Below are positions 8,521 to 17,940 of a stretch of DNA of 62,167 nt, piece after piece; position 1 is the stretch's first letter, and each line of letters opens with the position of its first letter. Source of the stretch: Thermoplasmata archaeon (lineage in GTDB: Archaea; Thermoplasmatota; Thermoplasmata; Lutacidiplasmatales; UBA184); NCBI GenBank assembly GCA_030038655.1, contig JASHSP010000118.1, positions 1-62,167 of the forward strand, written 5' to 3'. The position numbers were made by a program, and so were the translations under genes. Below the pieces are notes generated by a model. It had not been told where the DNA came from. It saw only the letters and a program-made list of their open reading frames with translations, and ran no database searches.

Positions 8521-10047
8521 GTGACCGGCGCATCGGGGGAATCCCCCGAGGGGGGGACCCCGGTCGCCCTCTCGGGGCCGGAGCGATCCATACTCGCGGC
8601 GATCCGCGAGATCCCCGACCTTCCCGTAGAGGAGGACGAGCTCGCGAACCGGCTCGGTCTCGGTCTGGACGCGGTGCGCGGCAGTCTTCAGCGGCTCCGC
8701 TCGAAGCACCTTGTGCTCGTCGAGGAGGAGCACGAGAAGATCGTGAGCCTCACACCGCGCGGCAAGGAGACGCTCTCCGCGGGCCTCCCCGAGCATCGGC
8801 TCCTCGACGCGATCCGGGCCCGCGGGCCGCTCACGATGGAGATGGTGAGCTCGCTGGGACTGCTCGACGACGAGCGGTCCGCCGCGATCGGGATCCTCCG
8901 GCGGCGCGGTCTGCTCGCGGACGGGATCCCGCTGCGTTTCAAGTCGGAGGTCCCGCCGGCGGCCGGACCCCTGCCGGAAGAGCGGGTCCTCCGCCAGATC
9001 GCGAACGGGGAGCGCGACCTCGACGCCACGATCGTGGAGGGACTCGAGCGGCGGGGGCTGGCCCGGACCGACCACCGGTCGATCAAGCGATGGGCCCCCT
9101 CGGACGAGGGGCGCCGCCTCGCGCTCGTCGAGGAGGGCGAGGAGTCTCTCGGCGCGCTCACCCCCGCGCTCCTGACGAGCGGCGGCTGGCGGGAACGGGT
9201 GTTCCGGCCGTACGACGTCCGGGCACCGGTCCCCCTGGTCGGAGGAGCTCGGCCGAACGCTTACGTCGCGTGGCTCGAGGAGTTCGCGGAGGTCCTCGTC
9301 GGCCTCGGTTTCGAGGAGGCCGAGGGGCCGCTGCTCGAGACCGAGTTCTGGAACAACGACGTCCTGTTCATGCCGCAGGACCATCCGGCCCGGTCGATCC
9401 ACGACGCCCTCGCGGTCGAAGGAGTGGTCGGGCACCCGCCGCCGGGCGACCTGCTCGCCCGCGTGGCGGCGGTCCACGAGGGCCGACCGCTTCCCGGGGA
9501 GACGACGCCCGTCGGGCCGGGCTGGTCCGCGCCGTACGACCCGGCGATCGCCGCGCGGCCGGTCCTCCGCTCGCAGACGACGGCGGTGTCCGCCCGGTTC
9601 CTCGCCCGACACCCGGTCCCACCGTTCCGGATGTACTCGATCGACCGGAACTTCCGCCGCGAGGAGGTCGACGCCCAGCACCACCTCGAGTTCCACCAGG
9701 CCGAGGGGATCGTCGGGGCGGAGGGGATGACGGTCCGGCACCTGGTCGGCCTGTTCCGCTCGCTGGCGGAGGCGATCGGAATTCGGGACCTCAAGATCCG
9801 GCCGAGCTTCTTCCCGTTCACCGAACCGTCGATCGAGGGGTACGTACGCCACCCGCGCCTCGGATGGATGGAGGTGTTTCCCGGCGGCCTGTTCCGCCCC
9901 GAGGTCCTCCGCCCGTTGGGGATCGATGTCCCCGTTCTCGCGTGGGGTGTCGGAATCACGCGCCTCGCGATGGTCTCGCTCGGGCGGAACGACATCCGGG
10001 ACCTCTTCGCGGACGACCTGGACGCGCTCCTCGGTCGGAGGACCTGA
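8521..10047 (+). CDS. pheS: Phenylalanine--tRNA ligase alpha subunit (archaeal type)
   Basis: It has N-terminal winged-helix repeats followed by a class II core: FWNNDVLFMPQDHPARS, LRSQTTAV, FRMYSIDRNFRRE, FHQAEGIV and FPFTEPS. Confidence 0.95.
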   Translation: MTGASGESPEGGTPVALSGPERSILAAIREIPDLPVEEDELANRLGLGLDAVRGSLQRLRSKHLVLVEEEHEKIVSLTPRGKETLSAGLPEHRLLDAIRARGPLTMEMVSSLGLLDDERSAAIGILRRRGLLADGIPLRFKSEVPPAAGPLPEERVLRQIANGERDLDATIVEGLERRGLARTDHRSIKRWAPSDEGRRLALVEEGEESLGALTPALLTSGGWRERVFRPYDVRAPVPLVGGARPNAYVAWLEEFAEVLVGLGFEEAEGPLLETEFWNNDVLFMPQDHPARSIHDALAVEGVVGHPPPGDLLARVAAVHEGRPLPGETTPVGPGWSAPYDPAIAARPVLRSQTTAVSARFLARHPVPPFRMYSIDRNFRREEVDAQHHLEFHQAEGIVGAEGMTVRHLVGLFRSLAEAIGIRDLKIRPSFFPFTEPSIEGYVRHPRLGWMEVFPGGLFRPEVLRPLGIDVPVLAWGVGITRLAMVSLGRNDIRDLFADDLDALLGRRT

Positions 10048-10049
10048 CC

Positions 10050-11744
10050 GTGCCGCGCTCGACGCTCTCCGGGCGCCGCGTCCTCGAGCTCCTGCCCGAT
10101 GGGGTCACCGACGCGACGTGGGAGGAGCTGCTGTTCGCCTCGAAGGCCGAGGTCGACCGGCGCGTCGGGGACGAACTGGAGATCTCGGTGACCCCCGACC
10201 GGCTCGACCTGCTGTCCGAGGGCGGCCTGGCCCTCTACCTCCAGGGGGCGCTGGGGTCCGCGACCGGTCTCCCGAGGGCCCGCCGGGCCCGGGCGGTCGC
10301 TTCGCCGTGGTCGTTCCGGGTCGATAGTTCCGTCGACCCGCTGCGCCCGTACGTCGCCGGAGTCCGCGTGCGGGCTCCGCCCGGCCGACCCCTCGACGAG
10401 GGAACGTTGGCGGAGGCGGTGCGATTCCAGGAGATCCTGCACGCCACGGTCGGACGCGACCGCCGGGCGATGAGCCTGGGCATCTATCCGACCCGACGGA
10501 TCCAGCCGCCGGTCCGATACGCGCTCGAGCCGGTCGACTCGATCCGGTTCGTTCCGCTGCGCGGTACCGACCCGGTGACGGGCGCCGAGTTCCTCGCCGG
10601 CGACTCGATGGCCCAGCGGTACGGTGCCCTGGGGGCGGCGGAGGGACGTTGCCTCACCCTCCGCGACGCGGCGGGGGAGATCCTGAGCGTTCCGCCGATC
10701 CTCAACAGCCGGAGCGCCGGCGAAGCACGGCCCAAGGACCGGGAACTCCTTCTCGAGGCGACCGGCACCCGGCCGCGCGCCGTGCGCGAGGGGCTCGGTC
10801 TCCTGCTCGTCGTGTTCGTGGCGCGCGGGTGGTCGCTCGCGCCGGTGCCGGTCGAGCGCGCCGACGGGTCGCTCGACGACGGCAGCGCGATCCTCGAACC
10901 GGTCGAGATCGATCTCTCCGCCGAGGGTCTCGAGCGGATCACCGGCGCTCCGCTGGCCCCCCCGGAGGTCGCGGCGGCGTTCGCTCGGGCCCGCCTGACC
11001 GCCCGTCGGGCGCGGGGAGGCTACCGGGTCGCGATCCCCCCGTGGCGGCCCGACCTCCTGGCGGCCGTCGACCTCGCGGAAGAGGTCGTGCTGGCCCGCG
11101 GCGTGCGGTCCGAGGACGGGATCGTGCCCGCCACGCCCACCCGGGGCCGGCGCCGCGCCCAGACGGTGTTCCGCCAGCGGATCGCCACCCTCCTCCTCGG
11201 GCTGGAGTTCGCGCAGCCGCACACGCCGCTCCTCGTCTCGGACGCGAGCGTCGCGCGCGTCGACGGGAGCGCCACGATCCGGCTGAGGAACCCCGTCTCG
11301 GGCGAGTTCGCGCACCTGCGCGACCGCCTCCTCCTGTCGCACCTGGACGTCCTGGCCCACAACACGCGGCGCAGCTATCCGCAGCGGTTCGGGGAGGTGG
11401 CCCCCGTCGTGGTGCGCCAGCCGAACGCCGAGTCCGGCGCCGAGACGCGCCATCACGCCGGGTTGATGATCGCGAGCGAACGGGCCGGGTTCGCGGACGC
11501 GGCCGCGCTGGTCGAGTACCTGCTCGGGAGTCTGGACGTCGGGTCGGTCCGTGAGCCGGCCGAGCTGCCGGGGACGATCCCGGGCCGGGCCGCGCGGGCT
11601 CGCGTGGCGGGAGAGGTGGTCGCCGAGATGGGCGAGGTCCACCCGAGGATCCTCGCGCAGATCGGGGTGCCGGTTCCGAGCGCGTGGGCCGAGCTGGACC
11701 TCACGGCGCTGTGGCCGTTGACCGCGCGCCGCGACACCGATTAA
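10050..11744 (+). CDS. pheT: Phenylalanine--tRNA ligase beta subunit (archaeal type)
   Basis: The GTG at 10050 lies 2 nt after the pheS stop, in frame with the 884-aa track ORF whose upstream part is junk antisense/out-of-frame to pheS. At 564 aa, the size and position fit archaeal PheT. The B3/4- and B5-like regions (IPPWRPDLL, GEVHPRIL) are recognisable. Confidence 0.9.
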   Translation: MPRSTLSGRRVLELLPDGVTDATWEELLFASKAEVDRRVGDELEISVTPDRLDLLSEGGLALYLQGALGSATGLPRARRARAVASPWSFRVDSSVDPLRPYVAGVRVRAPPGRPLDEGTLAEAVRFQEILHATVGRDRRAMSLGIYPTRRIQPPVRYALEPVDSIRFVPLRGTDPVTGAEFLAGDSMAQRYGALGAAEGRCLTLRDAAGEILSVPPILNSRSAGEARPKDRELLLEATGTRPRAVREGLGLLLVVFVARGWSLAPVPVERADGSLDDGSAILEPVEIDLSAEGLERITGAPLAPPEVAAAFARARLTARRARGGYRVAIPPWRPDLLAAVDLAEEVVLARGVRSEDGIVPATPTRGRRRAQTVFRQRIATLLLGLEFAQPHTPLLVSDASVARVDGSATIRLRNPVSGEFAHLRDRLLLSHLDVLAHNTRRSYPQRFGEVAPVVVRQPNAESGAETRHHAGLMIASERAGFADAAALVEYLLGSLDVGSVREPAELPGTIPGRAARARVAGEVVAEMGEVHPRILAQIGVPVPSAWAELDLTALWPLTARRDTD

Positions 11745-11749
11745 TAGCG
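11739..11749 (+). promoter_or_regulatory. TATA-like box of the methylmalonyl-CoA mutase gene, containing the pheT TAA stop
   Basis: gattaatagcg ends 18 nt upstream of the ATG at 11768. The pheT stop (11742-11744) is embedded in it. Confidence 0.4.
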
Positions 11750-11767
11750 ACTCCCGGTCGGACGACG

Positions 11768-13444
11768 ATGGCGCGCTCCCGACGGGCGTCGCGGTCGCCT
11801 CCTCGGCGGACCCGGTGGGAGCGCGACGCCCGGGCCGCCATCGGGGACCGCGTCGAAGGGGGCCGCCTGCCGCTGCTTGCGACACCGCCCGCCGCGCCGG
11901 ACGAGGCGTTCCTCGCCCGCGTCGGGTTTCCCGGCGAGGCGCCGTTCACCCGGGGGATCCAGCCGACGATGTACCGGGGCCGGATCTGGACGTTCCGGCA
12001 GTACTCGGGGTTCGGGAGCGCGGAGGCGACGAACCGGCGGTTCCGGTTCCTCCTCGGGGGCGGCCAGACGGGCCTGTCGGTGGCGTTCGACCTTCCCACG
12101 CAGAACGGCTACGACTCGGACCACCCGCGGGCGCGCGGCGAGGTCGGCCGATGCGGGGTCCCGATCGCCAGCCTCGGGGACATGCGGACGCTGTTCGGCG
12201 GGATACCGCTGGACGCGGCGACGGTCTCGATGACGATCAACGCCACCGCGCCGATCCTCGTTCCGCTCCTGGTCGCGGTCGCCGAGGAGAGCGGGGTCCC
12301 CCGGGCGCGCCTCTCGGGCACGGTCCAGAACGACGTGCTGAAGGAGTACGTGGCGCGAGGAACCTACATCTACCCGCCGGCGGCGTCCCTGCGGCTCACG
12401 GTCGACCTCATCGAGTTCTCGACGCGGGAGATGCCCCAGTGGAACTACATCAGCGTCTCGGGCTACCACATGCGCGAGGCCGGCGCGACCGCCCCCCAGG
12501 AGGTCGCGTTCACGCTCGCGAACGCGATCGCCTACGTGCGCGCGGTGCAGCAACGCGGCCTGGACCTCGAGGCGTTCCTGCCCCGGCTGTCGTTCTTCTT
12601 CTCGTCCGACATCCACTTTCTCGAGGAGGTCGCGAAATACCGTGCGGCGCGCCGGCTCTGGTCCCGGATCGTCGGCGAGACGTTCGGCGTCCGGAGCGCC
12701 CGGGCGCGCCAGCTGCGGTTCCACACGCAGACGGCCGGCTCCAGCCTCACCGCCCAGCAGCCCGAGCTGAACGTCGTCCGTACCACGGTCGAAGCGCTCG
12801 CCGCGACGCTCGGAGGGACCCAGTCGCTCCACACGAACGCGCTGGACGAAGCCCTCGGGCTCCCGACGGAGTCGGCGGCCCGGCTCGCGCTCCGGACCCA
12901 GCAGACGCTCGCGGAGGAATCCGGGGTGGCGAACACGATCGACCCGCTCGGGGGGGCGTACGCCATCGAGGAGGCGACCGACCGCATCGAGGAGGCCGCG
13001 AGCGAATATCTCGCCCGGATCGACTCGATGGGCGGCGCGATCGCGGCGATCGACCGGGGTTTCTTCGCGGGGGAGATCGCGCGGGAAGCGTACCGCGTCG
13101 CCCGGGCGCGCGAGGACGGCGCGGAGACGGTCGTGGGCGTCAACCAGTACCTCGAGGGCAACCGGGCGTTCTCGTTGTTCCCGGAGTCCGGTTCGGGCGT
13201 GGCGGGCCAGCGGGTCTCCCCCGGGGACGAGGCCGCCCAGATCGACCGGCTCGTCCGCTGGCGTGCGGCGCGGGACCCGTCGCTCGCCCGCGGCGCGATC
13301 GATCGCCTGTGCCGGTCGACCGATTCCGGCGGCAACGTGATTCCGGACGTCCTCGCGGCGGTCGTCGCCGGTTGTACGCTGGGGGAAATCGCGGACGTCT
13401 GGCGCGAGGCGTTCGGCGAGCAGCCCCCCTCTCGGGCGTTCTAG
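11768..13444 (+). CDS. mcmA: Methylmalonyl-CoA mutase, large (catalytic, N-terminal domain) subunit
   Basis: FTRGIQPTMYRGRIWTFRQYSGFGSAEATNRRFRFLLGGGQTGLSVAFDLPTQNGYDSD and SGYHMREAGATAPQEVAFTLA are family signatures. The start is at the internal ATG (aa 29 of the track ORF). Confidence 0.92.
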   Translation: MARSRRASRSPPRRTRWERDARAAIGDRVEGGRLPLLATPPAAPDEAFLARVGFPGEAPFTRGIQPTMYRGRIWTFRQYSGFGSAEATNRRFRFLLGGGQTGLSVAFDLPTQNGYDSDHPRARGEVGRCGVPIASLGDMRTLFGGIPLDAATVSMTINATAPILVPLLVAVAEESGVPRARLSGTVQNDVLKEYVARGTYIYPPAASLRLTVDLIEFSTREMPQWNYISVSGYHMREAGATAPQEVAFTLANAIAYVRAVQQRGLDLEAFLPRLSFFFSSDIHFLEEVAKYRAARRLWSRIVGETFGVRSARARQLRFHTQTAGSSLTAQQPELNVVRTTVEALAATLGGTQSLHTNALDEALGLPTESAARLALRTQQTLAEESGVANTIDPLGGAYAIEEATDRIEEAASEYLARIDSMGGAIAAIDRGFFAGEIAREAYRVARAREDGAETVVGVNQYLEGNRAFSLFPESGSGVAGQRVSPGDEAAQIDRLVRWRAARDPSLARGAIDRLCRSTDSGGNVIPDVLAAVVAGCTLGEIADVWREAFGEQPPSRAF

Positions 13445-13457
13445 GGGGGTCCGGACC

Positions 13458-13853
13458 GTGCGGGTGGACCACGTCGGCATCGCCGTCGGCGACCTCGCGA
13501 GCTCGCTCGACCGATGGCGCCCGCTCCTCGGAGAGCCCGAGTCCCCGCCCGAGGTCGTCAGTGCGCAGGGCGTCCGGGTCGCCTTCCTCCGGGCCGGGGA
13601 GACCCACATCGAGCTCCTCGAACCGACTTCGCCCGACTCGCCCGTCGGCCGATTCGTCGCCTCCCGCGGCGAAGGAACGCACCACCTCGCGTTCCGGGTC
13701 CCGAACGTGGACGCCGCCCTCTCGGGGGTCATCGAACGGGGCGGTCGCGTCGTCGACCGGGTCGGACGCCCCGGCGCCCGAGGGCGCCGGGTCGGGTTCG
13801 CCCACCCCAGCGCCTTCGGCGGGGTTCTGGTCGAGTTCGTGGAGGCGCCGTGA
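13458..13853 (+). CDS. mce: Methylmalonyl-CoA epimerase (VOC/glyoxalase fold)
   Basis: It is 131 aa. VDHVGIAVGDL...IELLEP...GEGTHHLAFRV...FAHP fits the epimerase pattern, and the gene sits directly after mcmA. Confidence 0.85.
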   Translation: MRVDHVGIAVGDLASSLDRWRPLLGEPESPPEVVSAQGVRVAFLRAGETHIELLEPTSPDSPVGRFVASRGEGTHHLAFRVPNVDAALSGVIERGGRVVDRVGRPGARGRRVGFAHPSAFGGVLVEFVEAP

Positions 13854-15058
13854 GCCGCATCGTATCGGCCGACCTCGAGGCGATCATCGACGGGCGTGGG
13901 CAGCCGACCGTGGAGGCGACGCTCCGCCTCGAGTCCGGGGCACAGGGCCGGGCCGGGGCGCCGAGCGGGGCGAGCACCGGGGTCCACGAGGCCCGGGCGT
14001 TCCCGCCGGGCGGTGCGGCCGCGGCCCTGCAACGGTTCCCGGAGAAGGTGGCCCCTCGTCTCGTGGGGGTCGACGCCGCCGACCGCGGCGCCGTCGACGC
14101 GGCCCTCCACGCGGCCGACGGATCCCCGGACTTCTCGCAGATCGGGGGGAACACGGCGACCGCCGTCTCCGTGGCGGGCGCGATCGCCCACGCCGCCGAG
14201 GCGGGTCTCCCGCTCTGGAAGGTCCTGGCGCGCCCGGGGGTCGACCGGCCCTCGTTTCCCGCCATCGTCGGCAACTGCCTGAACGGGGGTCGCCACGCGA
14301 TCGGGGGACCGGACGTGCAGGAGTTCATCGCCTTCGCCGAGTCGGTCCGGCCCGAGGAGTCGGTGCGCGCCGCCGTTCGCGTCCACACGCTGCTCGGCGA
14401 GGAGCTGCACCGCCGGTACCCTACCCACGCCCTGGGGCGGGGCGACGAGGGGGGCTGGGTCGCGCCGATCGGCAACGTCGAGGCGCTCGACCTCCTCCAC
14501 GACGCGTGCGCGCGGGCGCGGGACGAGCTGGGGGCCGAGGTCCATCCCGGGCTCGACCTCGCGGCCAGCGAATTCTACCGGGAGGGAACGTACCGCTACA
14601 AGGACCGGGTCCTGGACGCCGAGGGCCAGGTCGCGTTCGTGGCCGAGCTCGTCGACCGGTACGGGATCCGGTACGTCGAGGACCCCCTGGACCAGGAAGC
14701 GTTCGATGCGTTCGCGACGCTGACGCGGGCGGTCGGCGACCGCGCGGTCGTGGTCGGCGACGACATCTACTGCACGCGCGTGGAGCGCCTCCGCCGCGGG
14801 GTGGGGCTCCGGTCGAGCAACGCCGTCCTCATCAAGGTCAACCAGGTCGGCACCCTCACCGACACGTTCGCGACCGTCGACCTCGCGCGGCAGAACGGCC
14901 TGGCCACGGTCGCCTCGCACCGGTCCGGGGACCTCCCGGAAGGGTGGCTGGCCCATCTCGCGGTCGGTACCGCGGCGCGGGGCATCAAGTGCGGAGTTCT
15001 CGGCGGCGAGCGCGTGGCAAAGCTAAATGAACTCCTGCGGCTCGGCCGCGCCACCTGA
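13850..15058 (+). CDS. eno: Enolase (phosphopyruvate hydratase)
   Basis: The GTG at 13850 overlaps the mce stop (GTGA). The sequence is [25 protein letters not shown]...[12 protein letters not shown]...[10 protein letters not shown]...SHRSGD. The protein is 402 aa. The rest of the 514-aa track ORF is out-of-frame junk over mce. Confidence 0.92.
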   Translation: MSRIVSADLEAIIDGRGQPTVEATLRLESGAQGRAGAPSGASTGVHEARAFPPGGAAAALQRFPEKVAPRLVGVDAADRGAVDAALHAADGSPDFSQIGGNTATAVSVAGAIAHAAEAGLPLWKVLARPGVDRPSFPAIVGNCLNGGRHAIGGPDVQEFIAFAESVRPEESVRAAVRVHTLLGEELHRRYPTHALGRGDEGGWVAPIGNVEALDLLHDACARARDELGAEVHPGLDLAASEFYREGTYRYKDRVLDAEGQVAFVAELVDRYGIRYVEDPLDQEAFDAFATLTRAVGDRAVVVGDDIYCTRVERLRRGVGLRSSNAVLIKVNQVGTLTDTFATVDLARQNGLATVASHRSGDLPEGWLAHLAVGTAARGIKCGVLGGERVAKLNELLRLGRAT

Positions 15059-15714
15059 TGCCCGACGACGAGCCGATGGCCGAAGAGCCGGTGAGCGCCT
15101 CCGACGGGCAGGACATCCGCCCGGGCGAGCTCCTCATCCCGGAGGACACCTACCTCACTTCCGGCGTCCACATCGGCACCCAGCAGAAGTCGGCGTCGAT
15201 GCGCCGGTTCGTCTACAAGATCCGATTCGACGGACTCCACGTCCTGGACGTCCGCGAGACCGACCGCCGGATCCGGTTCGCCGCGAAGTTCCTCGCGCGG
15301 CTTCCCGCGGAGCGCATCCTCGCGGTCTCCCAGCGCCAGTACGGGCAGAAGCCGGTGCGGATTTTCGCGAAGACCGTCGGCGCGGTCTCCTTCGCCGAGC
15401 GGTTCGTCCCCGGATGCCTGACGAACCCCAACCTCCCCGAGTACTTCGAGCCGAAAGTGCTGGTCGTCACCGACCCCGCCACGGACCAGCAAGCCCTGAG
15501 CGAGGCGGTCTCGATCGGGATCCCCGTGGTCGGTCTGTGCGACGTCAACAACGAGACGCGGGACGTCGACCTCGTGATCCCCGCGAACAACAAGGGACGG
15601 GTGGCGCTTGCGACGGTGTACTGGCTGCTCGCCCGCGAGGTCCTGCGCGCCCGGACCGGCGGTGCGGAGCCCGAGTACGCCCTGACGATCGAAGACTTCC
15701 AGGCCGCCCTGTAG
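15058..15714 (+). CDS. rps2: 30S ribosomal protein S2 (uS2)
   Basis: It reads [33 protein letters not shown]...[21 protein letters not shown]. The ATG shares one nucleotide with the eno stop (TGATG). eno-rps2 adjacency is a common archaeal arrangement. Confidence 0.95.
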   Translation: MPDDEPMAEEPVSASDGQDIRPGELLIPEDTYLTSGVHIGTQQKSASMRRFVYKIRFDGLHVLDVRETDRRIRFAAKFLARLPAERILAVSQRQYGQKPVRIFAKTVGAVSFAERFVPGCLTNPNLPEYFEPKVLVVTDPATDQQALSEAVSIGIPVVGLCDVNNETRDVDLVIPANNKGRVALATVYWLLAREVLRARTGGAEPEYALTIEDFQAAL

Positions 15715-15766
15715 GTCGGGCGCGGCGTCCCGGCACCGTCTTATCGGCCGCCCGCCTCTCTTCGCC

Positions 15767-17041
15767 ATGAGCCGGACCGGCTCGGGCCTTCTCGAACTGC
15801 TCACGGAGCACGACGTGCCCGAGAAGGGCGCCCGCCTCTACCTGGCCGCCTGCCGGGCCGGCCCCCAGACCGCGAGCGAGCTCGCCCGCCTCTCCGCCGT
15901 CAACCGAGTGGAGGCGTACCGGATCATCAAACAGCTCGTGGCCGAGGGGCTCCTCAGCGCGACCGGCGCCCGGCCGCACCGGTTCGCGGCGCTCCCGCCC
16001 GCCGAGCTGGTCGATCGCTGGATCCACCGCGCGTCCGAGCGGCTGCGCCAGCTCGAGCAAGGGCGTCCGCGCATCCTCGCGGACTGGGAGGAGCAGCGGA
16101 CCGATCTCGACGAACGCGACCCCCGCAAGTTCGCCGTGCTCGACGGCCGCGAGGCGATCCGGAGCGTGCTCCGGAAGCGCATCGGGACCGCCAAGGAGCA
16201 GATTCTCGTCAGCGCGAACGGTCCGATCCTGCTCTCGATGATCGAGGGCGGGATCGACCGCGCGTTCCGGGAGGCTGTCGCGCGCGGCGTCAAGGTGCGG
16301 GTCGTGACGGAGGTCTATCCGTCCAACCTGCCGCAGGCGAAGCACTTCGCGGCCTTCTCCGAACTCCGTCACACCGGCGGTCCGATCTCGAGCCGGGCGA
16401 TCGTCATCGACCGCGTCGGCGCGGTGGTCTCCGTATCCGGGGAGGACGGGCTCTCGCCGTCCGGGGGCGACGAGGTCGCCCTGTGGTCGACCTCCCCGAC
16501 GTTCGTCCGGCGGGCCCGGGACTACCATCGTCGCCTCTGGACGGGGGGGGTCCGCGCGGAGAGCCGATTCGTCGAGCTCGAGAACCCGCCGGCGGCGGTG
16601 CTCCCGGTGGTCGGAGGGCGCGAGGCGATTCCGTTCCAGCGCCTCAAGGAGATCACGAAGCTCGGGATGCGAGCGTCCGGAGTGCGCGAGTTCGAGCTGG
16701 CGCTTCCCGAGATGATCGAGACGATCGCCCGCCAGCTGGGGCGGGAGATCGCCGAGGAAGTGGAGGGAGAGACCGTAGAGGAGGTCGCCCGCTCCCTCTC
16801 CCGCTACTACGAGACCCACACGATGGGGCACCTCGGGGTCGTGAAGGAGCACCCGCTGACGATGCGGGTCACGGGGTGCTTCGCCTGCACCACGGACTCG
16901 CCGGAGATCGGCCGGGTGATCTGCCCCCAGCTCTTCCGCGCCGTGCTCGAAACGCGGGTCGGCGGCCGCTGGGAGGTCTCGAAGCCCGACCCAACGAAGC
17001 ACGCCGCTCGAGGGTGTGTTTTTACCGCCACGGCCGCGTAG
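15767..17041 (+). CDS. TrmB-family transcriptional regulator with C-terminal V4R-like Cys-containing domain
   Basis: The N-terminus has a wHTH, GARLYLAACRAGPQTASELARLSAVNRVEAYRIIKQLVAEGLL, followed by a TrmB-like middle domain. The C-terminus reads HTMGHLGVVKEHPLTMRVTGCFACT...VICPQLF (V4R-like). A cttatc box lies ~24 nt upstream of the ATG. Confidence 0.8.
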   Translation: MSRTGSGLLELLTEHDVPEKGARLYLAACRAGPQTASELARLSAVNRVEAYRIIKQLVAEGLLSATGARPHRFAALPPAELVDRWIHRASERLRQLEQGRPRILADWEEQRTDLDERDPRKFAVLDGREAIRSVLRKRIGTAKEQILVSANGPILLSMIEGGIDRAFREAVARGVKVRVVTEVYPSNLPQAKHFAAFSELRHTGGPISSRAIVIDRVGAVVSVSGEDGLSPSGGDEVALWSTSPTFVRRARDYHRRLWTGGVRAESRFVELENPPAAVLPVVGGREAIPFQRLKEITKLGMRASGVREFELALPEMIETIARQLGREIAEEVEGETVEEVARSLSRYYETHTMGHLGVVKEHPLTMRVTGCFACTTDSPEIGRVICPQLFRAVLETRVGGRWEVSKPDPTKHAARGCVFTATAA

Positions 17042-17124
17042 CGGTCGCCCCCGCCCCACGGCGCGCCGTCGCGACCGGGGGGTGGGCGAGCTCCCTCCGG
17101 AGCCGGACCGGGGGCCCCGAGGAC

Positions 17125-17436
17125 TCAGTCCCTACCGGCCGGTTGGTAGGCATGTTCCAGCCCCGGGTGGTGGTCGGCCTTGGCTGTGACGCACCGTTCG
17201 CCCGTCTCGGGCCAGCGGTAAGAGCACTGCGGCTCCTCCTCGCCGGTCGTCGACGCCTTCGCGGGCAACCACCCAAAACGTCGCCTCTCGTCGTCGATGT
17301 AGTGCTGGATGTCGAGCTTCCACTGCCGTTCGAAGGAGCGGTTCAGCATCCAAACGCCCCACAGGACCCAGAGCGCGGTGAGCGTGCTCGAAATCACCAC
17401 CGACTCGAGAAGCACGTAGACGATGTGGTGCGCCAT
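17125..17436 (-). CDS. Hypothetical small membrane protein
   Basis: It is 103 aa. The sequence is MAHHIVYVLLESVVISSTLTALWVLWGVWML (one TM helix) followed by a charged tail containing two Cys. A TTTTATCG box lies on the minus strand ~35 nt upstream of the ATG. I recognise no family. Confidence 0.45.
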   Translation of the reverse strand: MAHHIVYVLLESVVISSTLTALWVLWGVWMLNRSFERQWKLDIQHYIDDERRRFGWLPAKASTTGEEEPQCSYRWPETGERCVTAKADHHPGLEHAYQPAGRD

Positions 17437-17662
17437 CGCGGGTCTCCCGAGCCGGGTGTATCACGAGGGCTCGATAAAACGACCGTCCTGCTGTCGAGGG
17501 GACGATGGCCGCGGGCCGTGCTCCGCGGCTTCGGGATTTTGGTCAGACCCCTCATTTCTGTCTCAAAGTCGGCCGTGGTGTCGCATCCTGCCTCCCTGCC
17601 TTGGTCCGGACGATAGAGTCACAGTGAAGTGAAGATAATCACAAGGTGGACCGCTCCATCAT

Positions 17663-17697
17663 TAGAATCCCGAAGCCGCCTCTCGACTAAAGTCACA
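17663..17697 (+). repeat. Left copy of an imperfect ~35-39-nt direct repeat at the island edge
   Basis: tagaatcccgaagccgcctctcgactaaagtcaca aligns by hand to 20772-20810 at about 28 of 35 positions with three small gaps. It includes two copies of the TARAATCMC-type motif; a third lies at 17634-17646. Confidence 0.45.
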
Positions 17698-17940
17698 GCA
17701 GGGGGTTGCGGCTCCGTGAACGATTGGGGTTCTTGTGAACGATTGATTCATCCCATGAATAGTTTCGACTCCCCAGGAGAATGGGTTCACGGGGCCGTGG
17801 TCCCCCACTATGGGGGCCGGTGCCACAGAGGCTCGCGCAATCTCAATAGGCACAGTCGAGCGACCGGGTGCAGAACCGAGTTAGTAGACAAGCATGCCGA
17901 GGCCCCGATACGGGCACCTTTCGACTCGGCTAGCTGGCGA

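Noticed and set aside
8494-11885. ORFs 8494-9852 (452 aa) and 9261-11885 (874 aa) antisense to pheS and pheT
   Set aside because: No recognisable motifs are present and the composition is extremely Arg/Pro/Gly-rich. The sense frames encode canonical PheRS subunits.
11741-15030. Two 1071-aa ORFs (11741-14956 minus strand and 11815-15030 plus strand) spanning the mcmA, mce and eno genes
   Set aside because: Their translations are Arg/Gly/Pro/Asp-rich with no protein-like periodicity or motifs. They lie antisense or out of frame to three genes with unmistakable family signatures. Long open frames are expected on all strands at this G+C level.
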